NCBI GenBank assembly: GCA_017464765.1
Contig: JAFTYK010000035.1
Span: 18,577 to 82,576 of the forward strand
Length of the DNA: 64,000 nt
Direction: 5' to 3'
DNA from: Ruminococcus sp.
GTDB taxonomy: Bacteria > Bacillota > Clostridia > Oscillospirales > Acutalibacteraceae
In this document: piece by piece, positions 38,121 to 49,324 of the stretch
Layout: each line of letters opens with the position of its first letter
How positions within the stretch are numbered: the first letter of the stretch is position 1
Position numbers and translations under genes: made by a program
The notes under the pieces: model-generated
Database searches by the model: none
The model's input: the letters and a program-made list of their open reading frames with translations, nothing else
Told to the model about the DNA's origin: nothing

Positions 38121-38923
38121 AGAAACTATTTAAACACGAGATGTACGCTTACCTACGTACAATTTTACCAATGCACATGATACTTATCGGTATAGGACTT
38201 TTAGGAAGATTTGTACAACTTTTCGAAAATGATTCAACCGCCTACGACATTGTTTTCTGGTCATCAGTTGTCGCTTTTTGTATTGGTGTAGTTGTATGTG
38301 TATTACTCACTTTTATTTTTGGTATCAGACGTTTTTATACTAATCTTTTCACAAGCGAGGGTTACCTTTCTTTCACCCTTCCAGTGACACCAACACAGCA
38401 CATTTTCGTGAAGAATACAGTCGCTTTTATCGCCCAGCTTTTTAGCATTGTTATGATAAGCATAGCTACATGTGTCATCACTTTTGGTGATGTTTGTGTA
38501 GAGCTTTTCAGAGCATTAGGCTATATTATTAAGCAGTTCTACATTCAGTACAGTCAACACACAACACTCTTCATATTGGAAATTATCGTAACTCTTGTTG
38601 TGGTTATTTCAACTTCTTATATGCTGTTTTACGCTTGTATAGCACTCGGTCAGCGAGCTAAGAAAAATCGTGTTGCGTGTGCAGTAGGAATTTTCTTCGC
38701 TTACTATATGATTCTTCAGGTTTTAGCTACAATAGCAATTATCATTGTGAACACTTTCTACGAAGAGTTGCATATCGAAGAGATATTGAACTACCTGTAT
38801 TACCACCCTATTTTCACAAACCACTTGGGTTGGTGTTTAGCAATAGTAATCAGCTTGCTGCTCAATCTATTATACTTCGCTGTCACAAAGAGCTCAATAA
38901 CAAAGAAGCTCAATCTAGAATAA
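38114..38923 (+). CDS. ABC transporter permease
   Basis: about 6 TM segments; EGYLSFTLPVT. Confidence 0.88.
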   Translation: MVKKLFKHEMYAYLRTILPMHMILIGIGLLGRFVQLFENDSTAYDIVFWSSVVAFCIGVVVCVLLTFIFGIRRFYTNLFTSEGYLSFTLPVTPTQHIFVKNTVAFIAQLFSIVMISIATCVITFGDVCVELFRALGYIIKQFYIQYSQHTTLFILEIIVTLVVVISTSYMLFYACIALGQRAKKNRVACAVGIFFAYYMILQVLATIAIIIVNTFYEELHIEEILNYLYYHPIFTNHLGWCLAIVISLLLNLLYFAVTKSSITKKLNLE

Positions 38924-38938
38924 GAAAGGGGTATAGAT

Positions 38939-39757
38939 ATGAAAAAGAATACTAAATTTTTAGTTCTACTTTTAGCTTTACTTATGATGTGTCTGTGCCT
39001 TACAGGTTGTGATGAGCTGGACGAATTAAAAAAACAACAAGCTATATGGGTAGAAAAAGGTGATACAAGCGCATTCATCTACAACGGCGTTGAATATAAA
39101 AGAATCGATGTTCCTAATCCTCCTACCCCAATCGCAAGATATTATGAGAACATTAAAATAACCGACCCTGATGTCCCTGTGCTTTTAGCTGATAGATTCA
39201 GCGTAATGCTTGACTTATCAGTTGACGAAAACTTCGTTTTCGGCTATCTCTGCGCAGATTACACTGATGAACATATTGGCTTAAGTGGTGGTATACGTAG
39301 TTATGCGATCTACGAAAACTCCTCATATGACCCGACTGAAGAAGTGCTATACTGTAAAGCCGACATCTATGACGATGTGATAAATCAAATAAACGAGGGC
39401 ATTGAGTTTAGCAACTACTGCTATGATTACTATAAGTACAACGAAGAATTGGGATATGAAGAGTTCTTCCTGTACACACTCACAGATGAGGAAACCGAGC
39501 TTATAAATAATATTGAAAAAACAGTAGAACCATTTGAGAGTTATAATTACAACTCAGAGTATATGTTCTGTCTCTATAAAACAAACAAAGACAATATGTT
39601 TTTCGAAGAATCATACGATGTCTACAGAAATGAAGACGGAAGCTACTATATCTCTAAATACGATTCCAATGAAGATATTGTAATCGAGTACAAAGTTCCG
39701 GATGAATTCAAAGATAAATTCGACGAATTCTGCGACCGTGGCGTTCTTATGATGTAA
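38939..39757 (+). CDS. lipoprotein
   Basis: lipobox LTGC after hydrophobic signal. Confidence 0.8.
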   Translation: MKKNTKFLVLLLALLMMCLCLTGCDELDELKKQQAIWVEKGDTSAFIYNGVEYKRIDVPNPPTPIARYYENIKITDPDVPVLLADRFSVMLDLSVDENFVFGYLCADYTDEHIGLSGGIRSYAIYENSSYDPTEEVLYCKADIYDDVINQINEGIEFSNYCYDYYKYNEELGYEEFFLYTLTDEETELINNIEKTVEPFESYNYNSEYMFCLYKTNKDNMFFEESYDVYRNEDGSYYISKYDSNEDIVIEYKVPDEFKDKFDEFCDRGVLMM

Positions 39758-39878
39758 AAGAAACTAAATGCTGAAAAGGCACTTCCGATTTAATTTTCGG
39801 AAGTGCCTTTTGTTTAGATATAAAAATCGGAGAGCCATAAGGCTCCCCGATTCTATTTACGTTATAAGCAATTGTGAA

Positions 39879-42800
39879 TTACACTTCTACAGAGTAGAAA
39901 TCAATTACCTTGTCACCAACTGCAGCTTTAACGGTTACTACACATTCGCCTGTAATACCAGGTACTGTAAATGTTGTATCGTTAGTTCTATAAACAGATG
40001 TCTTTTCTTCTGTTTCTACTAATACCCAATAGTTTGTAGCTCCGTCTAATTCGTTCCAATCAACTACAACGCTATCTTCTACTACAGTTGCTGTTGCAAC
40101 ACGTGACTCATCGATATCTGTCTTAGCTTCAACGATTACGTCTGTGTAAACTATAACACCGTCAATTAAATGAGCAAGTGTGTAATAGTATGTTGTGTTT
40201 GAATCAAGACCTGTGATTGTGTATGAATCTGTAACAGATGAAGCGTAAATCTTGATGCTATCAGGTGTTGTACCATAATAAATCCATGTCTTTGTAGCAT
40301 CTTTAGCTTCCCAGTTAATTGTGAGTGAGTAATCGTCTGGTGTATATGTAGTTGTGTACTCATATGCCTCAGTCTTAACAGATACTACGTCAGCTTTTGC
40401 ATTAGGTGTAATGCTATCGTCTGGATAGTATGCTATTACATAAACTTCGTACTCAGTACCAACCTTACAATTCTCAACTAATAATGATGTACCTCTAACG
40501 AGTGTATGTGGCTGTCCGTTAACAAATACCCAATAGTTAAGCGCACCATCAACTGCGTCCCAAGAAACTGTGAATGATTTTCTACCGTTAGCTTCAGCCT
40601 TAACGCCTGAAACCTTCTCAACCTTCTCATAAGAAGGTTCATCTGAAGATGGCTCTTCTGAAGATGGCTCTTCTGAAGATGGCTCCTCTGAAGATGGTTC
40701 TTCTGATGGAGCTTCAGCTGTGTTAACGCTAGCTAGATAAGAAGCTTTTTCGTCTTCACCAACAATACCAGTTACTAAGTAGTAGTATGTTGTATCAGCT
40801 TCAAGACCCTCAACTGTATATGATGAGTTAAATTCTTCTGTTGTGTGAACTCTTTCCAATGCTTCTGGATCTGCACCGAAGTATACATTTACACTTGAAG
40901 CACCTTTAACTTCCCAACTGATTGTGATTGTATTGTGTGTGTGATTCCAGCTTGTCATGCAAGAGAAAGCTTCAGATGGCTCTTCTGATGATGGCTCTTC
41001 TGATGATGGGTCTTCTGATGACTCATCTTCTGATGACTCATCCTCTGATGGCTCTTCATCTGGGAAGATATCTTTAATATCGCAGCTAACTACAGCATTA
41101 CCGTTATCCCATGTCATAGAGTAGCAGATACCATCGTAGAAACCTTCCTTAATGTCAGGTGTCTTATCGCGTTCTCCAGAATCGTCGTCCTTGATACCAT
41201 TGATTATGAGACCTTCGATATCAACTGGAACTTCAATCACGTATACATCGTATGTACCATCGTTATCATAGAAGTCCATTTTGTTGCCAGGCCATTCTGG
41301 GTTATTTGCTGATGCAGAGCCCCAGAAGTATGCCTGTACATCTGACCACAGCCAGTTGTTCTGGAAGTAGATTGTCATTGTTTCAACAGGGGCCTCTGAT
41401 GGCTCTTCTGATGAAGGCTCCTCTGAAGATGGTTCCTCAGAAGGTTCTGGCTGATCGCCTGTTGCAGGATCATCGTCTGATGATGGTTCCTCTGAAGGTT
41501 CTGGCTGATCGCCTGTTGCAGGATCATCGTCTGATGATGGTTCCTCTGAAGATGGCTCTTCTGAAGGAACTACCTCAGGAATTACTGTGAAATAATAGTA
41601 TGACCATGTGTCATTACCTTCTGGTCTAAAGTAAAGTGTAGCTTTGCCAGCTTTTGCAGCGCCGATACCGTAGTCATCGCCACCGTCGTTGTACCACTTT
41701 GTGATCTTTGTACCATCAAAGTATACAACCTTAATTGCGTCACCCTCTACAAATGTGTAGTCGAGCATATATTCGCCTTCAGCGCCTTCGTTAGCAACTA
41801 ACATTCTGTCAGCAGAGTTTTCATCAACGCTCCAGCAATTCTCGCCGTTTAATGTACCAACGAGGTAGTAACCTGCAGGAATAACTACAGGAGGATCTGT
41901 TTCTTCTTCAGATGAAGGTTCTTCCTCAGAAGATGGTTCTTCCTCAGAAGATGGCTCTTCCTCAGAAGATGGCTCTTCCTCAGATGATGGCTCTTCAACT
42001 ACAGGATATGTAACTGAAAGCTGTGAATTATCAAGACCGAATGAGAATACATACTCACCGGCTACTGTTGTTGTAAGTTTAGCGTTATCGCTTACAGATG
42101 AACTGAAAGTAAGACCTTCAACTGTACCTGTGATAGGTGTAGCGTTACTTGTCCAAGTACCTTCTCTAACAACCTTGAACTCGTATGTTGTTTCAGCTTC
42201 GAGTGTAAGTGTAATATAACCTGTTCTCTCACCCTCAGCATTGAGTTTAAACTCATTTTTAGAAGTTGACCAACCGTTGAATGAACCAGCGAGGTAACGG
42301 TCTGTTGCGAGTAAATCTACTGCAGGTACATCTTCAATAGACTCGTACCATGTTGTAGTCTTGAGATCATAGTACTGACCCTCCATGAATGTAAGGTCGT
42401 CAGTCTGAGAACCCTTGTCATTGTTGTTGAAAATGATGTTTTCATAATCAACGTCTACTGTAATTTCATAAACATCGAAACCGTTAACAGTTTCTTCAGT
42501 TTTTGTCATAGGAGTACCAGGCCATGACATAGCTGCTCCGCCTTCAATCCAAGCGTAAGCACAAACTTCGTCCCACTTAGGTGAGTTGATGAAGTAAGCT
42601 TTCTTAGCGATAGGCTCTTCTGAAGATGGTTCCTCTTCTGAAGATGGTTCTTCTTCTGAAGATGGTTCTTCTTCTGAAGATGGTTCTTCTTCAGATGATG
42701 GTTCTTCTTCTGAAGATGGTTCTTCTTCAGATGATGGCTGCTCACCAGAAGCCTCAGTTGTTGTTACATTAACTGTAGCTGTAACCGTAGATACGAGACT

Positions 42801-43475
42801 AGAATATCCGTTTGGATAATAAGTAACAGTAGCTGTAATGGTATCGTCACCAACTGCATTTGGTGTATATACAGCGTTTTCTACAGTACCGTTTACTGCT
42901 GAGTACTCAACAGAAGCGATAGTGTTGATGTCAGCATTAGTATCTAAAGCTGTGCTAAGTTCAACTGTGTTACCTAACTCTATACTCTCAGCACTAGCTG
43001 TAACTGTAGCAGTAGAAGCAGGCTTAACAGCTGTTCCCCATGTTACTGATGTAGAATCAGCAGAGAACTTACTAATGTAGTTGCTTGTTGCACTTAATGT
43101 AAGGTCACCTGTCTGGTTCCACTTGTTGTCCCATGATGGGTTAGATGTTACGGAGTTACGGGTAAGGATAACATTTTCCCATGTACCTTCAGGGATTGCG
43201 ACATAGTAAGTACTACCGCTGTATTTAACAGCCTTTGCAGACCATGTGCTTCCTGATGTTCCAAAGAAGTACGCATAGTTACCGCCACCTGCTGATGCAG
43301 TATCCCACCAAGATACAGCAGACATATTAAAATAAAGTCTAGCAGTACCATCCGAGGTAACACTTGCACTTGTGTTTGCAACATCGACGTTCGCTGCTGT
43401 ACCGGCTACTGTAAACATTGAAAACAACATTAACATAGCAAGTACAATCGAGAGAACTCTTGTTGACTTTTTCAT
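39879..43475 (-). CDS. secreted multi-module starch-binding protein (CBM26-like, FN3, EEPSS linkers)
   Basis: signal peptide; YFINSPKWDEVCAYAW..WPG..M and YFQNNWLWSDVQAYFW..WPG..M modules; FN3-like repeats; no catalytic domain recognised. Confidence 0.8.
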   Translation of the reverse strand: MKKSTRVLSIVLAMLMLFSMFTVAGTAANVDVANTSASVTSDGTARLYFNMSAVSWWDTASAGGGNYAYFFGTSGSTWSAKAVKYSGSTYYVAIPEGTWENVILTRNSVTSNPSWDNKWNQTGDLTLSATSNYISKFSADSTSVTWGTAVKPASTATVTASAESIELGNTVELSTALDTNADINTIASVEYSAVNGTVENAVYTPNAVGDDTITATVTYYPNGYSSLVSTVTATVNVTTTEASGEQPSSEEEPSSEEEPSSEEEPSSEEEPSSEEEPSSEEEPSSEEPIAKKAYFINSPKWDEVCAYAWIEGGAAMSWPGTPMTKTEETVNGFDVYEITVDVDYENIIFNNNDKGSQTDDLTFMEGQYYDLKTTTWYESIEDVPAVDLLATDRYLAGSFNGWSTSKNEFKLNAEGERTGYITLTLEAETTYEFKVVREGTWTSNATPITGTVEGLTFSSSVSDNAKLTTTVAGEYVFSFGLDNSQLSVTYPVVEEPSSEEEPSSEEEPSSEEEPSSEEEPSSEEETDPPVVIPAGYYLVGTLNGENCWSVDENSADRMLVANEGAEGEYMLDYTFVEGDAIKVVYFDGTKITKWYNDGGDDYGIGAAKAGKATLYFRPEGNDTWSYYYFTVIPEVVPSEEPSSEEPSSDDDPATGDQPEPSEEPSSDDDPATGDQPEPSEEPSSEEPSSEEPSEAPVETMTIYFQNNWLWSDVQAYFWGSASANNPEWPGNKMDFYDNDGTYDVYVIEVPVDIEGLIINGIKDDDSGERDKTPDIKEGFYDGICYSMTWDNGNAVVSCDIKDIFPDEEPSEDESSEDESSEDPSSEEPSSEEPSEAFSCMTSWNHTHNTITISWEVKGASSVNVYFGADPEALERVHTTEEFNSSYTVEGLEADTTYYYLVTGIVGEDEKASYLASVNTAEAPSEEPSSEEPSSEEPSSEEPSSDEPSYEKVEKVSGVKAEANGRKSFTVSWDAVDGALNYWVFVNGQPHTLVRGTSLLVENCKVGTEYEVYVIAYYPDDSITPNAKADVVSVKTEAYEYTTTYTPDDYSLTINWEAKDATKTWIYYGTTPDSIKIYASSVTDSYTITGLDSNTTYYYTLAHLIDGVIVYTDVIVEAKTDIDESRVATATVVEDSVVVDWNELDGATNYWVLVETEEKTSVYRTNDTTFTVPGITGECVVTVKAAVGDKVIDFYSVEV
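42610..42740. repeat. 18-bp tandem repeats encoding EEEPSS
   Basis: GAAGATGGTTCTTCTTCT-type units; similar tracts near 40630-40710, 40975-41060, 41395-41570, 41900-41998. Confidence 0.9.
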
Positions 43476-43722
43476 AAGTATCACTCTTTCTAAAAAATTT
43501 GATGTAAGCGAACGTTAAACGAACACGCCCGCAATTACTCATCAATATTATACAATATTGTAACCATTTTTTGTAGTGTAAAAATAGCCAAAATCAACCT
43601 GAATTTTTTATGCTATTTAACAAGTGGAATAACATATGTGTCTATTTTTTGTGAAATGTGACAAAATAAAACACCTAAGATTACACACTACAGCATAATC
43701 TTAGGTGAGAGTTAAAAACTAT

Positions 43723-45300
43723 TTATTTTTTCTTTCTTTTCAACACCGCCTTGAGAACCATTCCAACGCTTTCTTTGAAAACCTTTGTTTTAAAAAACAC
43801 AAGAAGCATAATAACATTAGGAACAATGCATACACAACAGACCCTAAGTAGAAAATCAAGATAGACATTTCTAACTGACAACACATTTATCAACGATTGT
43901 ATCGAAAAATGCGTAGCAAAACAAGATACAACCGCCACAACAAAATAGATTAATCGTGTTAAAAAATACTTCACCATTTTCTCTTTAAAAACGTACTTAT
44001 ACACAACATACGGGTCAAACCACGTTTCTGTAACAAGACGCGCAAGCGGTGTGGCGAGAAGTATTCCAAAAACACCCCACTGCGCTCCAAAACGTGAAAA
44101 ATATGTAGCAAATATCACAGAGAGTACAACATTTAACAATGTCATAATTGCAGGACCCATTCTGCCCTGTACAAAAAGACCATTAGATTTACGATAAGCA
44201 GAATTAGGATACTGCATTATGCAAAGGTAAAGATTAAATACAACTACAATGACCGTAGGAGAAATCAACAAATACTCATTACTAAGCCATATATTTCCCA
44301 CAAAAGGATTTAGAAGCCCAATTAATGCAGCGCAAACAAAATTGCCTACCATAAACATCAAAAAGCTTACTTGGTCATAAAGCTTTTTCATACGTTTCGC
44401 AGTTGCGCTCACAGCCAGATTCCCGATACTTGGGACACATGAAGATGAAACTTGACTTATCAACGTATTTAGAGTATTAATCACCAAGCGATAATTTGAA
44501 AGAACACCTACAATTGTAGTAGGGAAAAATGCCGCGGCAACGATTGTGTCTGTAGTTTGCACTACAACGTCACTAATGTTATATATTGCCGTTGCTCCTA
44601 TATCAGATTTAATTTGTTTTGCTTCCAATTTTGTGAGAGGTCCGACGTTTTTTTTCTTAAGCACAGGGAATTGCTTTTCCGCCAGCTTTGAAATTGTAAT
44701 ATTCTTACCTAATGTAAATATAATGCTGAACACAAGGTATAACAAATACTCTTTGAATACTATTAATATAACGCTTTCAACAACCGTCTGTATTATAGCT
44801 GTGATCATATTCACAAACGATACAACTCTCTTTTGCTGATTAGCTTCAAGAAGTGTAGCTTTGTAAACAAACAAATACGACGATGCCGACTGGATTACAA
44901 ATAGCATAAATATCAAGTGTATACTTTCCTTGATATCTGGAACATCTTTAACAAGATACTGTAAAAAAGGAAGCATGAATATGCCTAAGAGCATAATAAC
45001 TCCCGCAATAATACGATACACTATCTTGTAAAACTTCATTATTCGAACAATAGCATCTTCATCTTTATTCGCAATCGGCTTATATAAAGCAAAAGATATT
45101 GCACTACTAATTCCCAATTCAGCGAGAGAAAACATAAATAAAACATCATTAAATAGTCCCGCTATACCATTGTACTGAATACCCAATGTATATATAAACA
45201 CTGTGCGCAGTATAAACTTGCTGCCGGCAATAGTAAGTCTGCCTATTACTTCAGATGACGCATTTTTTATTGAATTTTGAGTTCTTGTGTTCTCAGTCAT
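43723..45300 (-). CDS. Wzx-type polysaccharide flippase
   Basis: RTQNSIKN..., LAELGI.SAI..ALYKPIA; many TMs. Confidence 0.88.
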   Translation of the reverse strand: MTENTRTQNSIKNASSEVIGRLTIAGSKFILRTVFIYTLGIQYNGIAGLFNDVLFMFSLAELGISSAISFALYKPIANKDEDAIVRIMKFYKIVYRIIAGVIMLLGIFMLPFLQYLVKDVPDIKESIHLIFMLFVIQSASSYLFVYKATLLEANQQKRVVSFVNMITAIIQTVVESVILIVFKEYLLYLVFSIIFTLGKNITISKLAEKQFPVLKKKNVGPLTKLEAKQIKSDIGATAIYNISDVVVQTTDTIVAAAFFPTTIVGVLSNYRLVINTLNTLISQVSSSCVPSIGNLAVSATAKRMKKLYDQVSFLMFMVGNFVCAALIGLLNPFVGNIWLSNEYLLISPTVIVVVFNLYLCIMQYPNSAYRKSNGLFVQGRMGPAIMTLLNVVLSVIFATYFSRFGAQWGVFGILLATPLARLVTETWFDPYVVYKYVFKEKMVKYFLTRLIYFVVAVVSCFATHFSIQSLINVLSVRNVYLDFLLRVCCVCIVPNVIMLLVFFKTKVFKESVGMVLKAVLKRKKK

Positions 45301-45402
45301 TAGAATACCCTCAAATAATTATTGTAAATAAAAATCGTTTGTGCTATATTAGTTTTATATATCCAAGAAGATATAATATTTCTACAGAAAGGTGAAGTCA
45401 CT

Positions 45403-46740
45403 ATGATGTGGTTATTGATAATCATAGCTTTGATTCTATCATACATACCATTAATCAACAAAAAAATAGACCTTGCAAACTATATGTGGCTTCTCATTCC
45501 AATCGACGCTTACGGAATCAGTATTGCAGGAGCTACTATTAAACCATATATGGTTTTTGCTTTTATTCTACCAATTATTTTATACGCAAGGAACAAAGGA
45601 ACAAACTTTGATCTTTCAGCAAGCAAATGGCAGTTGTTTTTAGGAATTATCAGTATCTTCATAGTCACCGTAAACTTCATTAACTGCGATAATTTTTCTT
45701 CTGTTAAAGCTGCTTTGATGACTTTGATAGTATATATCTGCGCACAACTTTACTGTAGCAGCACAAACCTAAACCACATTGAGCAACTCAGCGATGTTTT
45801 CATTGCATCAAGTTTTGGTTGTGGCATAGTTTACGTACTAGCATATATTCTTTTAGAAAACGGCTTTGCCCTTAACAGTATTGTAGCTTTAAACCGTGCA
45901 GACAACGGTATGTTCTTATCCATGGGCGATATGATCAACGGAAAATATACTGTCACGTTAAGACTAAGAGGTTTTGCTTTTGACCCAAACACGATGTTCC
46001 TTCAATTTTCTTTTGCAATCCCTTCATGCATCTCAAAACTATTCAAGAAGTTCAACATATATCATATTCTCACTCTCGTAATTTCAATAGTATGTATATT
46101 ATTAAGCGGTTCGAGAATGGGTCTTTTCTGTTGTATAGTTTGCGTTATTATCACATCAATTGTATGTGTTATACAGTTCGATAGTATTAAGAAGAAACTA
46201 TTAAGCATGGTCTCTGTTTTAGTTGTGTGCATCGGATTTCTCATCACAACTATGTCTAAATGGGGTCAAAATATAATCTCAACCTTGCTATCTACTTACT
46301 CAAACCGTTCAAGTCTCACTGATGAATTCGGGCGGTTATCAATATGGAAAGAAAGTCTTAGAATTTATTGGGATATGAATCCTCTGTTTGGTATTGGGTA
46401 TAACAACATGAGTCTATTTTCATCAATTGGACGCATGACTCACAACACATGGTTGCAATTCATATGCGAATGTGGTTTCATCGTAGGTGGTATCGCAATT
46501 ATTTACTTTTTCACTGTTTTGATACTGGGCTGGATAAAATTACGCTCTTATAATCTAAACTGCCCTAAAAACACATCGTATCTCGCACTTGTTATTGGAT
46601 ATACAATGACAATAATAGCCCTTATTTCTGTTGACAATATCACCTGTAGCTACCTATGGTTTGGAGCTTTACTACTACTCAAAATGGCTCACTATGTACC
46701 TAAAAGCCCTCACAAGATATCAGATAGAAAACAGATTTAA
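45403..46740 (+). CDS. O-antigen ligase/Wzy polymerase family
   Basis: RLRGF..DPN, LSGSRMG, NPLFGIG, HNTWLQ..E.G. Confidence 0.85.
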   Translation: MMWLLIIIALILSYIPLINKKIDLANYMWLLIPIDAYGISIAGATIKPYMVFAFILPIILYARNKGTNFDLSASKWQLFLGIISIFIVTVNFINCDNFSSVKAALMTLIVYICAQLYCSSTNLNHIEQLSDVFIASSFGCGIVYVLAYILLENGFALNSIVALNRADNGMFLSMGDMINGKYTVTLRLRGFAFDPNTMFLQFSFAIPSCISKLFKKFNIYHILTLVISIVCILLSGSRMGLFCCIVCVIITSIVCVIQFDSIKKKLLSMVSVLVVCIGFLITTMSKWGQNIISTLLSTYSNRSSLTDEFGRLSIWKESLRIYWDMNPLFGIGYNNMSLFSSIGRMTHNTWLQFICECGFIVGGIAIIYFFTVLILGWIKLRSYNLNCPKNTSYLALVIGYTMTIIALISVDNITCSYLWFGALLLLKMAHYVPKSPHKISDRKQI

Positions 46741-47844
46741 AATCTTCATAGTAAAATTATCTTCAGAACACTCGGATAAGAGAAAATCCGAGTGTTTTTC
46801 TTTTTCACTTTTTATATCAAGTGATGCAGTTTTCAAAAGAGTATCCGCTATCACCGTAATATCAGAATCACTCGAATAAATCATACCGCAAGAGCTTTTC
46901 TTTACAATCTCGGTACAACCCGTTTTGTCAATAGACAGCACAGGCACATTTTCCATAACAGCCTGAGCCGCAACAAGCGAAAACCCTTCCACAGATGGTA
47001 CAAAAACCACATCGAATGTTCCTACAATCTCTTCAACGTCAGTTCGAAAACCTGTGAACACTACATTATCTTCAAGAGAGTACGCCTTGATTTTTTTTGT
47101 GAGCATCTGCTTATACCACTCGTCTTCTTCTCTAACACTTCCAATAATCGCAAGAGATACGTCTACTCCCCTGCTTTTAAGATTATCCAGAACTTCAATT
47201 GAAACGTTCTGACCTTTAGTAGGAGTTATGAACCCGATTTGAGCTACCTTAAGCTTTTTATCAAGTGATGGGTATTCATCACATAAATTCTTGCGTATAG
47301 CATCATCAGAAATCTTATTCACAGGATTATAAATCGTTAACTTTTTAGCTTCTGCTTTTGGATTACTAATCTGAGTTGAGACACAATCGGAAACAGATAT
47401 AATTCTTTTAACGCATTTAAAACTGCTGAAAAAGTTTATCAATTTAAGCGTTGCACCAGACTGAAAAATATGATGCAAATGCCAGACAACTTTTGTACCA
47501 CGTTTTGCGCACATCGCACTCCAAACTAAAGCCGCAGGACCTGGTGCGTATAAATAGTCAGGCTGAAATTCACTCACAGCTTTTCTTCCCAAAATGCTAG
47601 CTTTTACGGTAAGATAAGCAAATTTAACAAGGCCCAAAAAACCTTTCTCTCCTTTAGGCATACTTTGGTCGCCCATAAGAGTGTAAGAAATGTTCCTTTT
47701 TTTCAGCTGTAAAGACAACTCCCCCTCTTCGGGGATAAGGAAGTGAAGCTCGTGGCTTTCTTTTAGTATATCAGCCACCTTGAGTGTCATTTCCTGTCCG
47801 CCGCCAATTTTAGCGAGAGTTTCCCAAATTAAAATTCTGCTCAT
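46720..47844 (-). CDS. glycosyltransferase family 4
   Basis: IGGGQ, PTKGQ, VPSVEGFSLVAAQA. Confidence 0.88.
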   Translation of the reverse strand: MSRILIWETLAKIGGGQEMTLKVADILKESHELHFLIPEEGELSLQLKKRNISYTLMGDQSMPKGEKGFLGLVKFAYLTVKASILGRKAVSEFQPDYLYAPGPAALVWSAMCAKRGTKVVWHLHHIFQSGATLKLINFFSSFKCVKRIISVSDCVSTQISNPKAEAKKLTIYNPVNKISDDAIRKNLCDEYPSLDKKLKVAQIGFITPTKGQNVSIEVLDNLKSRGVDVSLAIIGSVREEDEWYKQMLTKKIKAYSLEDNVVFTGFRTDVEEIVGTFDVVFVPSVEGFSLVAAQAVMENVPVLSIDKTGCTEIVKKSSCGMIYSSDSDITVIADTLLKTASLDIKSEKEKHSDFLLSECSEDNFTMKILNLFSI

Positions 47845-47875
47845 CTTTATTCTCCTAAAGAATTCTAATTAAGAA

Positions 47876-49309
47876 TTATTTGAAAACAGATAGTATAATA
47901 TCTCTTACATCTGTCATTTCGTACTGAGGTTTATCGAGAATTATGCCTTTTGATGCAATAACTGCGGTTTCGTATCTGTGAGCGCCAGGCGACAGTCTGT
48001 GCATAAATCCTTTTTTCTCGAAAAGTTCTTCACCTAAATTCCAGTCAGCACCATACATTTCATCAAGCTGAAAAATAATTTCAGGATAACGATTTAAATA
48101 TTCACCGTGATAGTGAGTGTTAGTTCGCTTTATCCACGTAAACGCAGGTGTATTTTCGTCAATCATAACCGTTTTCAGCTTTTCTATAATCTCATCACAC
48201 AAAGCGTCTTTTTTATCATCATCAGCGATAACTCTGATACCACCATAGCTGTAGTTTTTAAGCGCTGAAAGGTCGCTGAGGTACGCAACAGTTTTATCCC
48301 AATCAAAGTCATTTCCAGAAGCGAAAATCCCTTTCCAAACGGGAACTTTTCTCGCAATCTTAACTGCCCATTTCGGTAGTCCGAAACGCGCAACAAAATT
48401 GAGTGCAAACTTTTTGATAAAGCCTTTCAAAGACTTCTTCTTTTTCTTCGAACCACTTGCACCTGTTTTCGGCTCCAAATAACCGAAACGATGTAACATC
48501 TCGTTAACTCTTGCTATATATACAGGTCTTGCTCCGTGTCCGTGGTCACTCAAAACTAAAAGCGGAGTATCAGGACACATACTAATAATTTCTGCAAGAT
48601 GGTTATCCATTTTTATGTACAAATCACGGATAGCGTTTTTATGTTCATTCTCACCTGGATATTCAGGGTGATTTTCATCACAATGACGCCAGAAATCGTG
48701 GCACAAACCATCTGTTGTTGAAAAGTACGAAAACAAAAAGTCGCAGTTTTCGTTTTCAATCGCAAGTTTTGTAAGTCTAAACTCTTCGTCTGATTTAGCA
48801 AAGAAATCTTTCTTCAAAAAATCAAGTTTAGCTTCAGATGTAAACTTCGCTTCAGTACCAAGAATAGAAATCTTAGGATTATACAAAGACTCCTTGGATT
48901 TTGGAAAAACGTGCATTTCGCCTTTATAAGGTCGTGTAATCATCGTGCCGTTAATTCCCCATCCCTGTTTTATATTCATCGGCAAAAGCACAGTTGTGCT
49001 GAACCCCATTTCGTTGAGTTTATCCCAGAAAGTCTTGCCCTTGAATGCCGAATCGTCAAACTCAAACGGCTTGTACGAATTGTCCCTGTCCTTAACATTC
49101 ACGAAGTTGATAATACCGTGAACTGTCGGGTCAACTCCCGTGTATATAGTAGACCACGCAGGAGTTGTATCAGCAGGAAAAACCGAACGTAAGCGAGGAT
49201 AATTATTCTCTTTCAACATCTTCGACAATGTAGGAAGTTTGTCCTCGTATTTCTTCACAAGGTCAAAATCCATACCGTCGATACCAATAACAATAAGCTT
49301 ATTTATCAT
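47876..49309 (-). CDS. alkaline phosphatase superfamily (type I phosphodiesterase-like) protein
   Basis: IGIDG, PADTTPAWSTIYTG, SDHG, GAH. Confidence 0.87.
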   Translation of the reverse strand: MINKLIVIGIDGMDFDLVKKYEDKLPTLSKMLKENNYPRLRSVFPADTTPAWSTIYTGVDPTVHGIINFVNVKDRDNSYKPFEFDDSAFKGKTFWDKLNEMGFSTTVLLPMNIKQGWGINGTMITRPYKGEMHVFPKSKESLYNPKISILGTEAKFTSEAKLDFLKKDFFAKSDEEFRLTKLAIENENCDFLFSYFSTTDGLCHDFWRHCDENHPEYPGENEHKNAIRDLYIKMDNHLAEIISMCPDTPLLVLSDHGHGARPVYIARVNEMLHRFGYLEPKTGASGSKKKKKSLKGFIKKFALNFVARFGLPKWAVKIARKVPVWKGIFASGNDFDWDKTVAYLSDLSALKNYSYGGIRVIADDDKKDALCDEIIEKLKTVMIDENTPAFTWIKRTNTHYHGEYLNRYPEIIFQLDEMYGADWNLGEELFEKKGFMHRLSPGAHRYETAVIASKGIILDKPQYEMTDVRDIILSVFK

Positions 49310-49324
49310 AAAAAACGCCTTTCA

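Noticed and set aside
40630-42740. Repeat tracts as CRISPR or non-coding arrays
   Set aside because: In-frame 15/18-bp units encoding EEPSS linkers without spacers.
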